NCBI GenBank assembly: GCA_001600695.1
Contig: BCKQ01000003.1
Coordinates: forward strand, 147,952 to 211,951
From: Ascoidea asiatica JCM 7603
Taxonomy: Eukaryota > Fungi > Ascomycota
Direction of reading: 5' to 3'
DNA length: 64,000 nucleotides
In this document: one piece after another, positions 1 to 11,532 of the stretch
Layout of the letters: the number at the start of each line of letters is the position of its first letter
How positions within the stretch are numbered: position 1 is the stretch's first letter
The notes under the pieces: generated by a model
What the model saw: only the letters and a program-made list of their open reading frames with translations
The model's database searches: none
Told to the model about the DNA's origin: nothing
Position numbers and translations under genes: made by a program

Positions 1-707
1 ATAAGATTGAAGAATGATTCACATTTGGCAAAATTCTCATCAATATCACTGTCAATCTTAACTGTAATAACTCTTTTTTAAAAAAAAATTTTAAATAGCC
101 CTCTTAAACCATTATTATTTCGTGAGCCTAACAAATCAAGATGTTTAAAAGTTATATAAAATCGGTTAATACAGCACATCAATTGACCAAAATCATAAAG
201 TTGTTTACCAAATTTTAATTTCCATAGAAAATGATCATTTCCAAGAAAAAAAATAGTTTTACTGAAATCATTTAAATTATTTAAATCCACGCTAAAATCA
301 ATCAGATCATCAACAAAGTTCGATAAATAAGATAGAAAATAATATAAACAACGTATATTATTAAAATCTTTTAGGACAAGATAGCTTTTGTTTCACATAT
401 CCAAAAAACTTTCAATCTTTTCAAATAGAGTATCACTGCAAAAATGTTCACCAAAAGAATATAACTTTCCATCTTTATTTACAAAGAAATGACGAGGAAT
501 TGAATGCAAAGAAACTTTCGAGAAGTATCTCAATTATCTCACCCATTTAGCCTTAACAAAAGGAAGTTTTGGATACTTTTTGCAATCATCTTCTGTTGGG
601 ATTCTGCTTGGATCATCAGGTTCTCCATGAGGAAATTTAAGTTCTTCAGCAAGACCAGGATATTCATTAACATATTTATCATCATAGAAAGCAGTTATTG
701 TAACCAT
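1..707 (-). pseudogene. Degraded ORF of unknown family; runs off the window edge
   Basis: ATG at 707 opens a frame reading MVTITAFYDDKYVNEYPGLAEELKFPHGEPDDPSRIPTEDDCKKYPKLPFVKAKWVR*LRYFSKVSLHSIPRHFFVNKDGKLYSFGEHF...FLDM*NKSY... It is continuous with track ORF 78..290. In-frame stops are TAA (536-534) and TGA (395-393), and an apparent frameshift lies in the T/A homopolymers near 74-92. Confidence 0.6.
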
Positions 708-1338
708 TATATCCTTGAGTATTATATAGAATTGATTTTTTCAGTTGTTAGATAGTAATATTAAATATTTAGTTTTTTATTAGTAAGGCAGTATTGTACT
801 TGATTATATATCTTTAATGGAAGCTTCTACAAAATTTTAAGTTGAAATTGAAATTGAAATTGAAATTAAAACATTTTTGATAGGTTCCAGATAATATCAT
901 TTGAGGTCCAACTTACAGGACACTGTTGATAAGTTATTGAAATACCATAATGGAGTCCATATGAGGAAGCAGTAATATACAGTATTTAAATTAATATAAG
1001 AACCAATATCAGAACTAATCATTAGTGTAGATAAATTGAATATTGATTTTTTTAAATAATAAATATTCTTTGTGTGATATCAATTGACGAAATAAAATAA
1101 AAGAAAACAAATATTCAATAAAAAGATCTCTGTTTTGTTTCGTAGATACACATTTGCTTCTTAATGAGGCTGTTATTTATCTCTGGTTAGAGAAAACACC
1201 AGAAGAATTGAAGGGTAATGAAGGTTAACTGTTAATTTTCTGGCAAGCCTTTATCATGGTTCATTTATTTATTAGATCAAAAGATTATAAATTATAGAAT
1301 ATATTATAGAATATAGAGTATATAGTATATGAATAAGA

Positions 1339-2133
1339 TTAGTGAGCAGTGAAACCACCAGAAGCAAAGATTGTTTGACCAGTAATCCAAGCACCTTCAG
1401 TTACTAAAAATCTAATAATTGGAACAATATCTTCAACTTTAGTTAATCTATTATTTAAGGCAAAAGATTTATAAAATTCAATAGATTGAGATTCTTCAGA
1501 ATCATGTAAGAAAGCAGTATCCATTGGACCTGGAGCAACACAATTGACAGAAATACCTTTTTTCTTTAATTCTTGAGATAAAGCTTTTGAATAAAATTCA
1601 ACAGGAGCTTTTGTACCTTGATATAAACCATATTTTTCAGTATAAGCAGCTAATAAAGAAGTAACTAAAGTAACAATTTTACCATTTTTATTTAAAAATT
1701 TTGCAGAATTTTTAAGGAAAAAAAAGGCACATTTATTATTAATATTTGACATTAAATCAAATTCATTTTCATTAATATCTTCAATTTTTTTTTTAATAAC
1801 CATACCAATATTATTAATTGAAATATCAATACCATTTGGAAATTTTGAAATTGCAAATTTAAATAATTTTAAATTTTCTTCATCAGTTGATAAATCACCT
1901 TGATAAATTTCAACTTTAATATTAAATTTATCAATTAAATTTTTTTGAATATTTTCAGCATCTTTTAAACCATTTTTTGAATGATAATGAATAATTAAAT
2001 TAGAACCTTTTGAAGCTAATTCATAAGCAGTTGCAGCACCTAAATTTTTATTACCACCAGTAACAATTGAAACTTTACCTTTCAAAGAAGTTGAATAAAT
2101 AGGTTCATAGATTTTACCAGTAGAAGAAGACAT
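1339..2133 (-). CDS. Classical short-chain dehydrogenase/reductase (PRK12744-like)
   Basis: TGGNKNLG Rossmann motif, catalytic YQGTK (YxxxK), NGKIVTLVTSLL, VAPGPMDT and WITGQTI closely follow bacterial PRK12744-type SDRs. Confidence 0.92.
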   Translation of the reverse strand: MSSSTGKIYEPIYSTSLKGKVSIVTGGNKNLGAATAYELASKGSNLIIHYHSKNGLKDAENIQKNLIDKFNIKVEIYQGDLSTDEENLKLFKFAISKFPNGIDISINNIGMVIKKKIEDINENEFDLMSNINNKCAFFFLKNSAKFLNKNGKIVTLVTSLLAAYTEKYGLYQGTKAPVEFYSKALSQELKKKGISVNCVAPGPMDTAFLHDSEESQSIEFYKSFALNNRLTKVEDIVPIIRFLVTEGAWITGQTIFASGGFTAH

Positions 2134-2757
2134 TGTGATTGTATTTGTGATTGATTATATTTGTATTTGTGATTGATTATATTTGTATTTGTATTTGTAT
2201 TTATGATTATGATTGAATAATAACTAAACTAATAGGACTCAATTCAATTCAATTCAAATAAGTTTATTTCAGAAATTATTGAATATTTATATTAAAAAGT
2301 TTTGTATCCTTAACTTTTTTGAATCTGAAAATACAAACAATTGAATATAGAGTAATACATTGCTTAAATTCTTTATATCCGATTTCAGTTGTTTCAATTC
2401 TGAAATCTCTAGAATCTTTAGAAATAATAATACTCAAGAACTAGTCGAGATTTAATATTCTCAGCTTATTGAGTGTGTTGCTTGCTGCCATTGGTCTGCT
2501 TAAACCCTTTAATTGAGTGAATTGAAGAAAAAGAATCTGGAGAAGTTCGAGCTGGCGAATGTTGGCTTGCTGCTTGTTGTTTGCTGCTTGCCTGAACACG
2601 CCAATTTCATCCCCGAGACCAGAACTGGGGGTGCTTTCATCTCCGCTATCTCCTGGAGCCCCGTTATTTGCGATGACCACGTGAGCATCAGCCAGCATCT
2701 GTCAAAAATTATGTGGCTTTCATAGTTACTTTTTCAAAACACTTTTTACATTAAGTT

Positions 2758-2830
2758 GCCTTTATGGCCAAGTTGGTAAGGCACCTCACTAGTAATGAGG
2801 AGATCGTCTGTTCGAATCAGGCTAAAGGCA
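2758..2830 (+). tRNA. tRNA-Thr(AGU)
   Basis: Acceptor stem GCCTTTA/TAAAGGC plus discriminator A; A box TGGCCAAGTTGG; anticodon arm CCTCA-CT-AGT-AA-TGAGG; T arm GTCTG-TTCGAAT-CAGGC; very close to yeast tT(AGU). Confidence 0.97.
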
Positions 2831-2841
2831 TTTTTCTTTTT
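2831..2841 (+). terminator. Pol III oligo-dT terminator of tRNA-Thr
   Basis: TTTTTCTTTTT immediately follows the discriminator base. Confidence 0.8.
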
Positions 2842-3554
2842 AGACTCTTTTTTCTTGTTTTATATTTTTAGTTCTGTTTTATTTTTGCCCCCCTCCCACG
2901 CGCCCCACCTGTTTCCGGTTCCTACGGGCTATTCTTGGGGGTGTTTTTCTTCATTTCTTAGAAATGAGCTATTTCCGCCTTTTTGCTCTCTTTCCAGCTG
3001 TACTCAACGGTTTTTCTACCAATTTATCACTTGCTGCTGTAAACCCTTAAAGGGTCTCCCACGAGTTATTTACCCGAAAAAGCTTGTTCCACTCAATATC
3101 TGTCGTTCTTTGGCTCATTGAAAATCAGAATAAATAAATTCAACTGGATTTCATTGAATATTTAATTCACTCAATTCAAAATTATTCAAACTTAACTCAT
3201 TTTAAAAACTCAGATAAATGTCAGTTGACTAAACCATCAACAGTTACCGTTCAATATTATCCACAATTAAATTCTAAATTAAGATTATTCTAAATGATCT
3301 TTCCTTATTAGGCTTTTATTCTTTATTTCAATTATTAGACATCACCAGAATCACTCATCTTTCAAATGGAAAAATGGAATTATAAATATTTCTTTATTTC
3401 TTTCTATTTTATTCTTCAATTTTATATATTTTTATATTATTAAAAAGTATATTCTATTATTATCAAAATTATTATTATTACTATTATTATTATAAATATT
3501 ACTAAACTTTAAATTTTAAAATATTTTAAAAAACAAAACAAAGCAAAAAAAAAA

Positions 3555-5261
3555 ATGTCAACTGTCACTTTAGGTCATTATTTATTTGAAAGATTACATC
3601 AATTGAAAATTAATTCAATTTTTGGTCTTCCAGGTGATTTTAATTTAGAATTATTAGATAAAATTGATGAAATTGATGATTTAAAATGGATTGGTAATGC
3701 AAATGAATTAAATGCTTCTTATGCTGCTGATGGTTATTCAAGAATTAAAAGATTAGCTTGTATTATTACAACTTTTGGTGTTGGTGAATTATCTGCTTTA
3801 AATGGTATTGCAGGTTCATATGCTGAACATGTTGGTTTAATTCATGTTGTTGGTGTACCTTCAATTCAATCTCAAGATCAAAAATTATTATTACATCATA
3901 CTTTAGGTAATGGTGATTTTCATGTATTTGATAAAATGTCTTCAATGATTTCAAAAAAAATTTATTTATTACAAGATATTTTAAAAGCTCCAAATCAAAT
4001 TGATGATGCAATTAAAGAAGCTTATATTAATCAAAGACCTGTTTATATTGCTTTTCCAACTAATTTAGTTTCTCAATTAGTTGATTTAAATTTATTAAAT
4101 AAAAAAATTAATTTAAAATTACCTGAAAATGATAAAGAAATTGAAGATGAATTTATTCATAATTTCTTACATATGGTTTCAAAAGCAAAAAATCCAATAA
4201 TTTTAGCTGATGCTTGTGTCTTAAGACATGAATGTCAAAATGAAGTTAATAAATTTTCTGAATTAACTAAATTTCCAACTTTTGTAACTCCAATGGGTAA
4301 ATCTGCTGTTAATGAACAAAATCCAAGATTTGGTGGTGTTTATACTGGTGTTTTATCAACTCCAGAAATTAAATTATTTGTTGAAAAATCTGATTTAATT
4401 ATTTCAATTGGTGCTTTACTTTCCGATTTTAATACTGGTTCATTTTCTTATTCTTATAAAACTAAAAATATTGTTGAATTTCATTCAAATTATTGTATGA
4501 TTAAAAATGGTACTTATAATGATTTACAAATGAAATCTGTTTTAAAAAAATTACTTTCAAATCAATTAACAATTCAAGATGCAATTAATGTATCTGGTTA
4601 TGATTATACTAAAGATCCATTACCTTTATCAAATTCAATATCTTTATCTAAACAAGATATTCCATTAACTCAATCTTATTTCTGGAACACTTTATCAAGT
4701 TTCTTAAAAGAAGATGATGTAATTATTAGTGAAACTGGTACTTCTGCTTTTGGTGTTGTTCAAACTAAATTCCCAAAAAATTCAGTTGGAATTACTCAAA
4801 CTTTATGGGGTTCTATTGGTTATACTGTTGGTGCATGTCTTGGTGCAACTTTAGCAAGTTATGAAATCAATCCAAATCATAGAGTCATATTATTAGTTGG
4901 TGATGGTTCTTTACAATTAACTGTTCAAGAATTATCTACAATGATTAAATGGAATTTAAATCCTTATTTATTTGTTTTAAATAATGATGGTTATACTATT
5001 GAAAGATTGATTCATGGTGAAACTGCTTCTTATAATGACATCCAAGGTTGGAAACATTTGAAATTATTAAATACCTTTGGTGCTAAAAATTCAGAATCAA
5101 TTAGAGTATCTTCAACAAAAGAATTAGATAATTTATTTGCTAATGAAGATTTTGCTGATAATGATAAAATTAGATTAGTTGAACTTATGTTAGAAAGAAT
5201 GGATGCTCCTCAAAATTTAGTAAAGCAAGCTGAATTAACTGCTGCAACTAATGCTCAATAA
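3555..5261 (+). CDS. PDC1: Pyruvate decarboxylase
   Basis: FGLPGDFNL, NELNASYAADGY, LLHHTLGNGDF, regulatory Cys in ADAC, and ThDP motif GDGSLQLTVQE...NNDGYTIE; strong codon bias. Confidence 0.96.
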   Translation: MSTVTLGHYLFERLHQLKINSIFGLPGDFNLELLDKIDEIDDLKWIGNANELNASYAADGYSRIKRLACIITTFGVGELSALNGIAGSYAEHVGLIHVVGVPSIQSQDQKLLLHHTLGNGDFHVFDKMSSMISKKIYLLQDILKAPNQIDDAIKEAYINQRPVYIAFPTNLVSQLVDLNLLNKKINLKLPENDKEIEDEFIHNFLHMVSKAKNPIILADACVLRHECQNEVNKFSELTKFPTFVTPMGKSAVNEQNPRFGGVYTGVLSTPEIKLFVEKSDLIISIGALLSDFNTGSFSYSYKTKNIVEFHSNYCMIKNGTYNDLQMKSVLKKLLSNQLTIQDAINVSGYDYTKDPLPLSNSISLSKQDIPLTQSYFWNTLSSFLKEDDVIISETGTSAFGVVQTKFPKNSVGITQTLWGSIGYTVGACLGATLASYEINPNHRVILLVGDGSLQLTVQELSTMIKWNLNPYLFVLNNDGYTIERLIHGETASYNDIQGWKHLKLLNTFGAKNSESIRVSSTKELDNLFANEDFADNDKIRLVELMLERMDAPQNLVKQAELTAATNAQ

Positions 5262-5640
5262 GCAAATTAATTAATATCATTTTCATTTAGATTATTTATT
5301 TAACAATAAAGTCTTTTTGAAACCCCCCAAAAAAACTAAAAAAGGTCCTTTTTTTAACCTTTATATAATATATTTAGAATCTTTTTAAAAAAACACAAAA
5401 ACAAACAAACACTTATAGAGTTATTTAATAAAATTCATTTTTAGATTTAAAACTTTCTTTGTAAATCTGATAGATTTTAGATCGAAAATATACAGTAAGG
5501 TGAAATTTTTACTAGATTTGATTCGTTCCTCAAAATATGTGATTGTGATTATAATCACATTCCTAAAATTTATCTTTTAACTTAAATTTCTTGGTAGAAA
5601 TGAAATTATGTTAATTAACAAATTGAGAAATAAAAATTTT

Positions 5641-7530
5641 TTAAAATTTAAGTATAACTTTTAAAGTATATGTTAAAACAAATGGTAAACTGATAACTAA
5701 AAGAAAGTATTGAGATAATAAAGAAATGGCTAAACAATCTAATTGTAAATGATCATGGCTTGGATCATTTGGTGAAAAAAAGGCAGTTAAATAAATTTGA
5801 GTTGTAAAACTTGGTAAGGCCCAATTCATAACAAGTACAAAGCTTAATAAAATATCGTTTTCCTTATTTAGATTAATCCATCCTGCTTTTTTTAATCTAT
5901 ATACCCATAATACACCAATTATTGGCAATATACATAATTTTAATAGAGTTAATAATAAAGCAGATTTCCAAAAGCCATCTGGAAATTTTTTGATTGATAA
6001 TTTTGCAATTGTTCCGCCAAGTAATAATAATCCAAAAGGAACTTGTGCATTAGCTAAATAAGCAGTGAAATCCATTAAAAAACTTAAAGGTGGTAAATCA
6101 TCTGGTGCATTAGGCATTGAAACTGATGTTTTAACAAATAATGCTTTTAACCATGGAATCATAGCTATAATTATAGCCACTATTAAACTTAAAGCTGGAG
6201 GTCTTAGAAAATTGATTAGAAAAAAATTCAAGACTTGTATAATTTTTCGGGAACTTTTTCTATTTTTTTCTAAATTTTTATTTTTTTTATTTTGGGTGCT
6301 TAGATTATCATTATCATTTTCATTTTCATCATTATTTTCAGAATCATTTGATTTTAAATCAAGATTTGGATTTAAAGATAAAACATTGGATATTGTCTTT
6401 GAAATGGATAAGTTTTTTGTTGTATTCAATTTTTTTATTGAATTATCAATTATTGGTAATTTTTTATTTTTTCTTGAAAGTAAAGATATTATATCATTTG
6501 TTTTATAATTTGTTGAAGTTGAAGTAAGATTCTGACTATTTGAATTATGTGAGATATCATTATAATAAGAATATTCATTCACCACATCATCAATTTTTTG
6601 ACTTGGTAATTTTCTTAATTCAATTGCCCTTAATTTATTAGATTTTGTAGATAAAATTGAAGTTGATCTACCTAAAGAATAACTATGTGAATGAGATTGT
6701 GATATTTGATTTTGATTTTTATTTTTATTTTTGAATTCATTAGAATCTGATTTCAATGATTTTACAGTTGTGATTTGATTTTTTGTTGAGATATTAGAAT
6801 TTGAAATTGAATTAGAATCAGATTCGGAATTTAAACTTTCATCTTCATCTTCAATTTCGGGATTAAGTGAATCAATTGAAGTTCCTGGAATTAAAATATT
6901 TTCATTTGATTGTTGAATATTATTTAAATTAGAAGAGGTATGTGAAGAAGTATTCGAGGTGATTATTTTTTCTTCATCAGATTTTTGTTGGTTTAATAAA
7001 TTTTCATGATCAAAATCATATTTAACTAATCTAAAACAACCTAAATTAAATAAATAAAAGGTACTTAAAGAACCAAATACGATAACAAAAGCAATACCTT
7101 TATCCCCTTCAGCTGAAGTGAAAATTGAAGTAGTAGCTAAAGTTTGAATATAAGCAATAGGTAAATCACCATTATTATTAAACATTGAAGCAACTAATGA
7201 ACCACCTCTCCATCTTTTTGGTATTGGAGTTAATAAATTCAACAACATTCCAATTCCAAAACCAGTTAAAACAATTAATAAAGAGGTTAAAGCTATAATT
7301 CCAATATATTTTATATCAGAACCTTGTAAATTAGTTATGACTTTATTTAAAGTCATTGAAGGAACTAAAACATTAAGTACAATATCAGAAATATTTCTTG
7401 TTGTATCAACGGATAAAATATTTCTTTTTGATAATATAAAGCCAACAGATAAAATTAAATAAATTTTAATTATTGGCTTAACAGAACACCAAATAAGTGT
7501 TCCAATAGGAGTTGTATCTGATTCTGACAT
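5641..7530 (-). CDS. ECM3: Auxin-efflux-carrier (Mem_trans/PILS) family membrane protein, Ecm3/Ynl095c-like
   Basis: N-terminal SVKPIIKIYLI, DLPIAYIQT, ELRKLPSQ..DVVNEYS, WLKALFV...APDDLPPLSFLMDFTAY and PFGLLLLGGT; two TM bundles around a low-complexity loop. Confidence 0.85.
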   Translation of the reverse strand: MSESDTTPIGTLIWCSVKPIIKIYLILSVGFILSKRNILSVDTTRNISDIVLNVLVPSMTLNKVITNLQGSDIKYIGIIALTSLLIVLTGFGIGMLLNLLTPIPKRWRGGSLVASMFNNNGDLPIAYIQTLATTSIFTSAEGDKGIAFVIVFGSLSTFYLFNLGCFRLVKYDFDHENLLNQQKSDEEKIITSNTSSHTSSNLNNIQQSNENILIPGTSIDSLNPEIEDEDESLNSESDSNSISNSNISTKNQITTVKSLKSDSNEFKNKNKNQNQISQSHSHSYSLGRSTSILSTKSNKLRAIELRKLPSQKIDDVVNEYSYYNDISHNSNSQNLTSTSTNYKTNDIISLLSRKNKKLPIIDNSIKKLNTTKNLSISKTISNVLSLNPNLDLKSNDSENNDENENDNDNLSTQNKKNKNLEKNRKSSRKIIQVLNFFLINFLRPPALSLIVAIIIAMIPWLKALFVKTSVSMPNAPDDLPPLSFLMDFTAYLANAQVPFGLLLLGGTIAKLSIKKFPDGFWKSALLLTLLKLCILPIIGVLWVYRLKKAGWINLNKENDILLSFVLVMNWALPSFTTQIYLTAFFSPNDPSHDHLQLDCLAISLLSQYFLLVISLPFVLTYTLKVILKF

Positions 7531-7761
7531 TTTTTAGTATGACATTGAAATGTAAAATGAGATTTTATTATAAAATTTTTCTGAAAATAAAGGTTTGAGT
7601 AAAGAGTGATATTTAGATTGTTTCCTTCATTTATATTTTCTTGTTCGTTAATTTCCTTGATTTTTAATTCGTTCATTCATTCATTCATTGATATATTAAT
7701 TTCATCAAAATTGCAAGAAAAATCAGCAAAGATTAAAATTGGTTGAAGTATAGCGAGAATG

Positions 7762-7792
<31 letters not shown>

Positions 7793-8904
7793 CAGTATAG
7801 TAGTTCTAAGGCTAATAATTAAAAGTCACTTTTTGTCTTAAAGAAGTGAATATTAATAGAATTTAAAAATGAATAATTAATAAGTTTGCAAAGTGTAATT
7901 TCGGGAGTAAAAGATAAGATTAAAATAAAGCCAAACAAAACTGAGAATAAAACCGAAGTAGTAGAATCCTAAATGAAAAGAATAGTTATTTTAATATTGT
8001 GTTCAGTAGAAAACTCAAGAAGCATGAAAGGCTTTTTTTGTTATTAAACTCTACTCTGATTCAATGAACTGGTTCTAATTGACTCAAATATCGTTAATTG
8101 AATAATAAAAATATTTTCTCCAAGTTGAAAAAAAGCTAAGATTTATTCGTTTTCAATGGCTGAAAATTTATCCGAAGTTTTTGGAGCTGAATTTCTGCGG
8201 AGTGAAAACAGCTACGAGCGAATTGGAGCAGAGAAACGTCGAAAGGGGAAAAGGTTGGCGATGTGAGAGAGCAAAAACGAGATTGGAATGACAGAAGAGG
8301 AAGGTAATGAACAATAAGAAGATGATAAGAATTAAAAGAATATAAAAAGAATATAAAAAGAATATAAAAAGAGAATAAAAAGAATAATAGAACAAAAAGA
8401 TCATTCATCCCGGTGGGGAGAAACACCGGCCATAAAAATGCCTAAAACAGAAGCATCTTCTTCATGATCAAGCCGTATTGGCGAATTAGGGAACTACCCT
8501 CGAATTTCCCTTTTAGGACATTTTTCAGTCACAAAAAAGAAGAAAAAAAAAAAGATTTTGAAATAAATAAATTTTATTGACTAAACTACAGTTGCAAATG
8601 AAAGCAAAAAGATAAAAAGAAGATCAGACAGAGATAGAGATAGAGACAGAGACAGAAATAAAGGCAGACAGAATATAAAGAAAGACATGGACAAAGAGGC
8701 GACAAAAACAAATGACAAATGATAAAAAAGAAGTAAGGAAAATGATGTGAAAAATAATACAAAACAAACCGAGATCATATAAGAAATGAAGAACAAAAAT
8801 AAAAATAATAAAAGACTCATAAATTTGAATAAATTATAAAACAAGTAATAAGAAACGAATATGGAAGTATGAAAGTATGAGTGAATGATGAATGATTCAG
8901 CTAT

Positions 8905-10134
8905 TCAAATCAATTCAGTAGAAAACATTTGAGCGTCATCTTCAATGGCTCTTTGTTCAATATCATCATCCTCACCTTTATCATTATCATTATCACTAAT
9001 GTCCATTTGATTTAAATTATTGATAACTTGTTTATCATCACTCATTGTATTATCTAATGGATAAATGGAGTTTGAGTAATATGATAATGGACTAGAAGAT
9101 TTTAAAAGACTATTTGGTTTTCTATTATTATTATTATTATTATTATTACTATTGATACCATTGAAATCAAATATTTCTCCTTTTGAAGATAATGGTTGAA
9201 TATCAAGATTTGCAATTTTTGTAAAATCTCCTGGAAATACATCTGTAACATGAGGTGTATTTGGATTTTTAATAATTTTTTGTTTAAAAAAACATGAATT
9301 ATTATTAATATTATTGTTAATATAAAACTTGTTATTTGAAAAAGTAGAAGAATTTGGTGTAATATTATTTGGAAGATTTAAAGAGGTTGAAGACTTTGAT
9401 AATACTTTACCTGATATTGGTGTATAATTAGAAGGATATTTAGAAATATTATTAGGTGTATAGTTAGGTGTATAAGTGGGTGTATAGTTAGGTGTGTAAT
9501 TTGGTGTATGATTTAACATTGAATAACTAGCATAAGGATTTGAATAAAATGCAGTATTGGTATTTTTATTTTTACTCTTATTATTTGGTATAGTTGAATT
9601 TATCTTTTTAGGTAAAGTTGGAATTGAAGCTAATTCTAAATTTATTGGAGCTGGAGGTGATTTTCTTCTTTTCTTTAAATTTTGACTAAATGAAGAAAGT
9701 TGATAATTTTTTTTATTCTTTTCATCATTAATTTTATGATTTTCATAAATTTCATTATTGTTTATAATTCTATTTCTTTTTTGGATATTTTTTTGAATGT
9801 TTTTTTGTAAATTTTTTTGATTTTTTTCAATTGATTTTGATAAATATAAAATATTTTTCATTTCATTTGTTAATGGGGGTAAATTTGGTGATAAACATGA
9901 ATTTAGATTAAGATCATTATTAAAATTGTTATTGAAATTGTTGTTAGATGGATAGAATTGCATATTATTTGGTTTAACTTCAATGGTTTGTTTTGTGATA
10001 TTGATTGAACTATTATTTAAATTTGATTGTCTAAAAATTGAATTACTATTATTGTTATTATTATTTTTACTTTTACTTTTACTTTTACTTTTTTTTTGAT
10101 GTAAATTTGAATTTGAATTTTGTGATGAAGACAT
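8905..10134 (-). CDS. DIG1: Dig1-like MAPK-docking regulator of Ste12 (Asn-rich, possibly shortened at the C-terminus)
   Basis: KKRRKSPPAPINL resembles the Dig1 D-site KRGRVPAPLNL. The block VTDVFPGD...QPLSSKGEIF resembles my recollection of CTG-clade Dig1. There are many TP sites, and three PREs lie upstream. Confidence 0.6.
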   Translation of the reverse strand: MSSSQNSNSNLHQKKSKSKSKSKNNNNNNSNSIFRQSNLNNSSINITKQTIEVKPNNMQFYPSNNNFNNNFNNDLNLNSCLSPNLPPLTNEMKNILYLSKSIEKNQKNLQKNIQKNIQKRNRIINNNEIYENHKINDEKNKKNYQLSSFSQNLKKRRKSPPAPINLELASIPTLPKKINSTIPNNKSKNKNTNTAFYSNPYASYSMLNHTPNYTPNYTPTYTPNYTPNNISKYPSNYTPISGKVLSKSSTSLNLPNNITPNSSTFSNNKFYINNNINNNSCFFKQKIIKNPNTPHVTDVFPGDFTKIANLDIQPLSSKGEIFDFNGINSNNNNNNNNRKPNSLLKSSSPLSYYSNSIYPLDNTMSDDKQVINNLNQMDISDNDNDKGEDDDIEQRAIEDDAQMFSTELI

Positions 10135-10604
10135 TTTTAATTATATTTATATTATATTTATATTATATTGAAAAGATTAATTAATGAAGTAATGAATATT
10201 AAAGAAATTTCTAAATATTCAATTCGTATTTGAATCTGAAATGCTATACAGTTTGATACAAGTTCAAACAATTTAATACAAATAAAACAATAGATTTTAT
10301 TACAATTTAGGTAATTTTAATGTTAATCAGAAAAACAGGTAATCAGATAATTAAATAAGAAAAAAAGATAAAATAAATAAAAAAAATAAATAATCATAAT
10401 AAAGAATAAAACTTATTAGGAAATAATAGTTTTTTAAGTAAATAAAGTAAATTTAATGATGATAAAATGGGTAAAAGTTAAATTGAATTTCATATAATTA
10501 TTTGAAGATATGAAACTTTAGATAATTAATAAGCTTGAGAAGTGTAAATCAAACAATTAGTAAACCAATTGAGTAATAATTGTGCTGAAATATTGATAGT
10601 TGAT

Positions 10605-10995
10605 TGTTTCATTATTATTTTCACTTTCTTACGCCTAGTGAATAAAGTTGAATTCTATTCAATTCAATTCACTTTTACAATAACAATCCTTGTGAAAATT
10701 CACTGCAAATTAAAAATAATTCCCAAAGAAGAGTGCAAAATAAATCATTTTCGGTTATTTTAGAAAAAAAAAAAAAGATCCCCTTTGAAAATTAGTCTAT
10801 TTTATTCTTTCTTAACCTGGCTATTCAAGTCAAATACTTTATTTTAGCTTATTTCAATTACATTCAATTCAATTTCATTTCTCTTCCAGGTTTTTCTCCT
10901 TTTTTGGGGCTCTTTCTGAAACAATTTTCTTACAATTTTCTTACAATTTTTTAACAATTTTTCACTCTTTGATTTTTTTTCGTGTTTTTGTTTCA
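10605..10995. promoter_or_regulatory. Three perfect pheromone response elements (TGAAACA) upstream of the DIG1-like gene
   Basis: TGTTTCA 10605-10611, TGAAACA 10917-10923, TGTTTCA 10989-10995. Confidence 0.5.
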
Positions 10996-11532
10996 GAATT
11001 CAGCTCTAATTCTGTGCACCGCCACGTATTGCCTTTACGAGACAGCTGCTATTGCGTCCCGCCAATCAGCGCTGATCATTCCGCGGAGTAACCGTTGCCC
11101 AGACACTGCATACTGCACACCGCTGCAAATAAAACAGGAGGTCCGCTTGGCTGACAAAAAATTATATCACGTGAAAAATTTGTTTGTGGCTGTGCTATTT
11201 TATTTTAGTCCCAAAAAATAAATCCTAGCATTAACTGTGATTTGTCTTAAAATATGTTTGAAATAAAATTGAAGTTCGAAACCCGACCAGTTCCGACCAC
11301 TTACCCTCGGATACATTTCCCAAAACAGCAAAACTGTTTTTTTAAAAGGGATCCAAATAACTGGTGTCTCTTTTTTCTCTGATTTTAAGCCTTATTTATT
11401 TATAAATGACTAAATAATTCTTAAGAAGTTTAGATATGGAAATTAAAATTAAAACCATAAATAATTATACAATATTGTTCTATTTCACAATAATATTCTC
11501 GGGTCTAGTGTCTAGTGTCTAGTATCTAGTAT

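Noticed and set aside
2441-3121. Short ORFs 2441..2698, 2513..2725 and 2795..3121, and a possible LTR upstream of tRNA-Thr
   Set aside because: This is a GC-rich promoter island (CACGTG, CCCCAC, TTACCCG). One ORF overlaps the tRNA, codon usage is unlike real genes, and no TG..CA ends or target duplication were seen.
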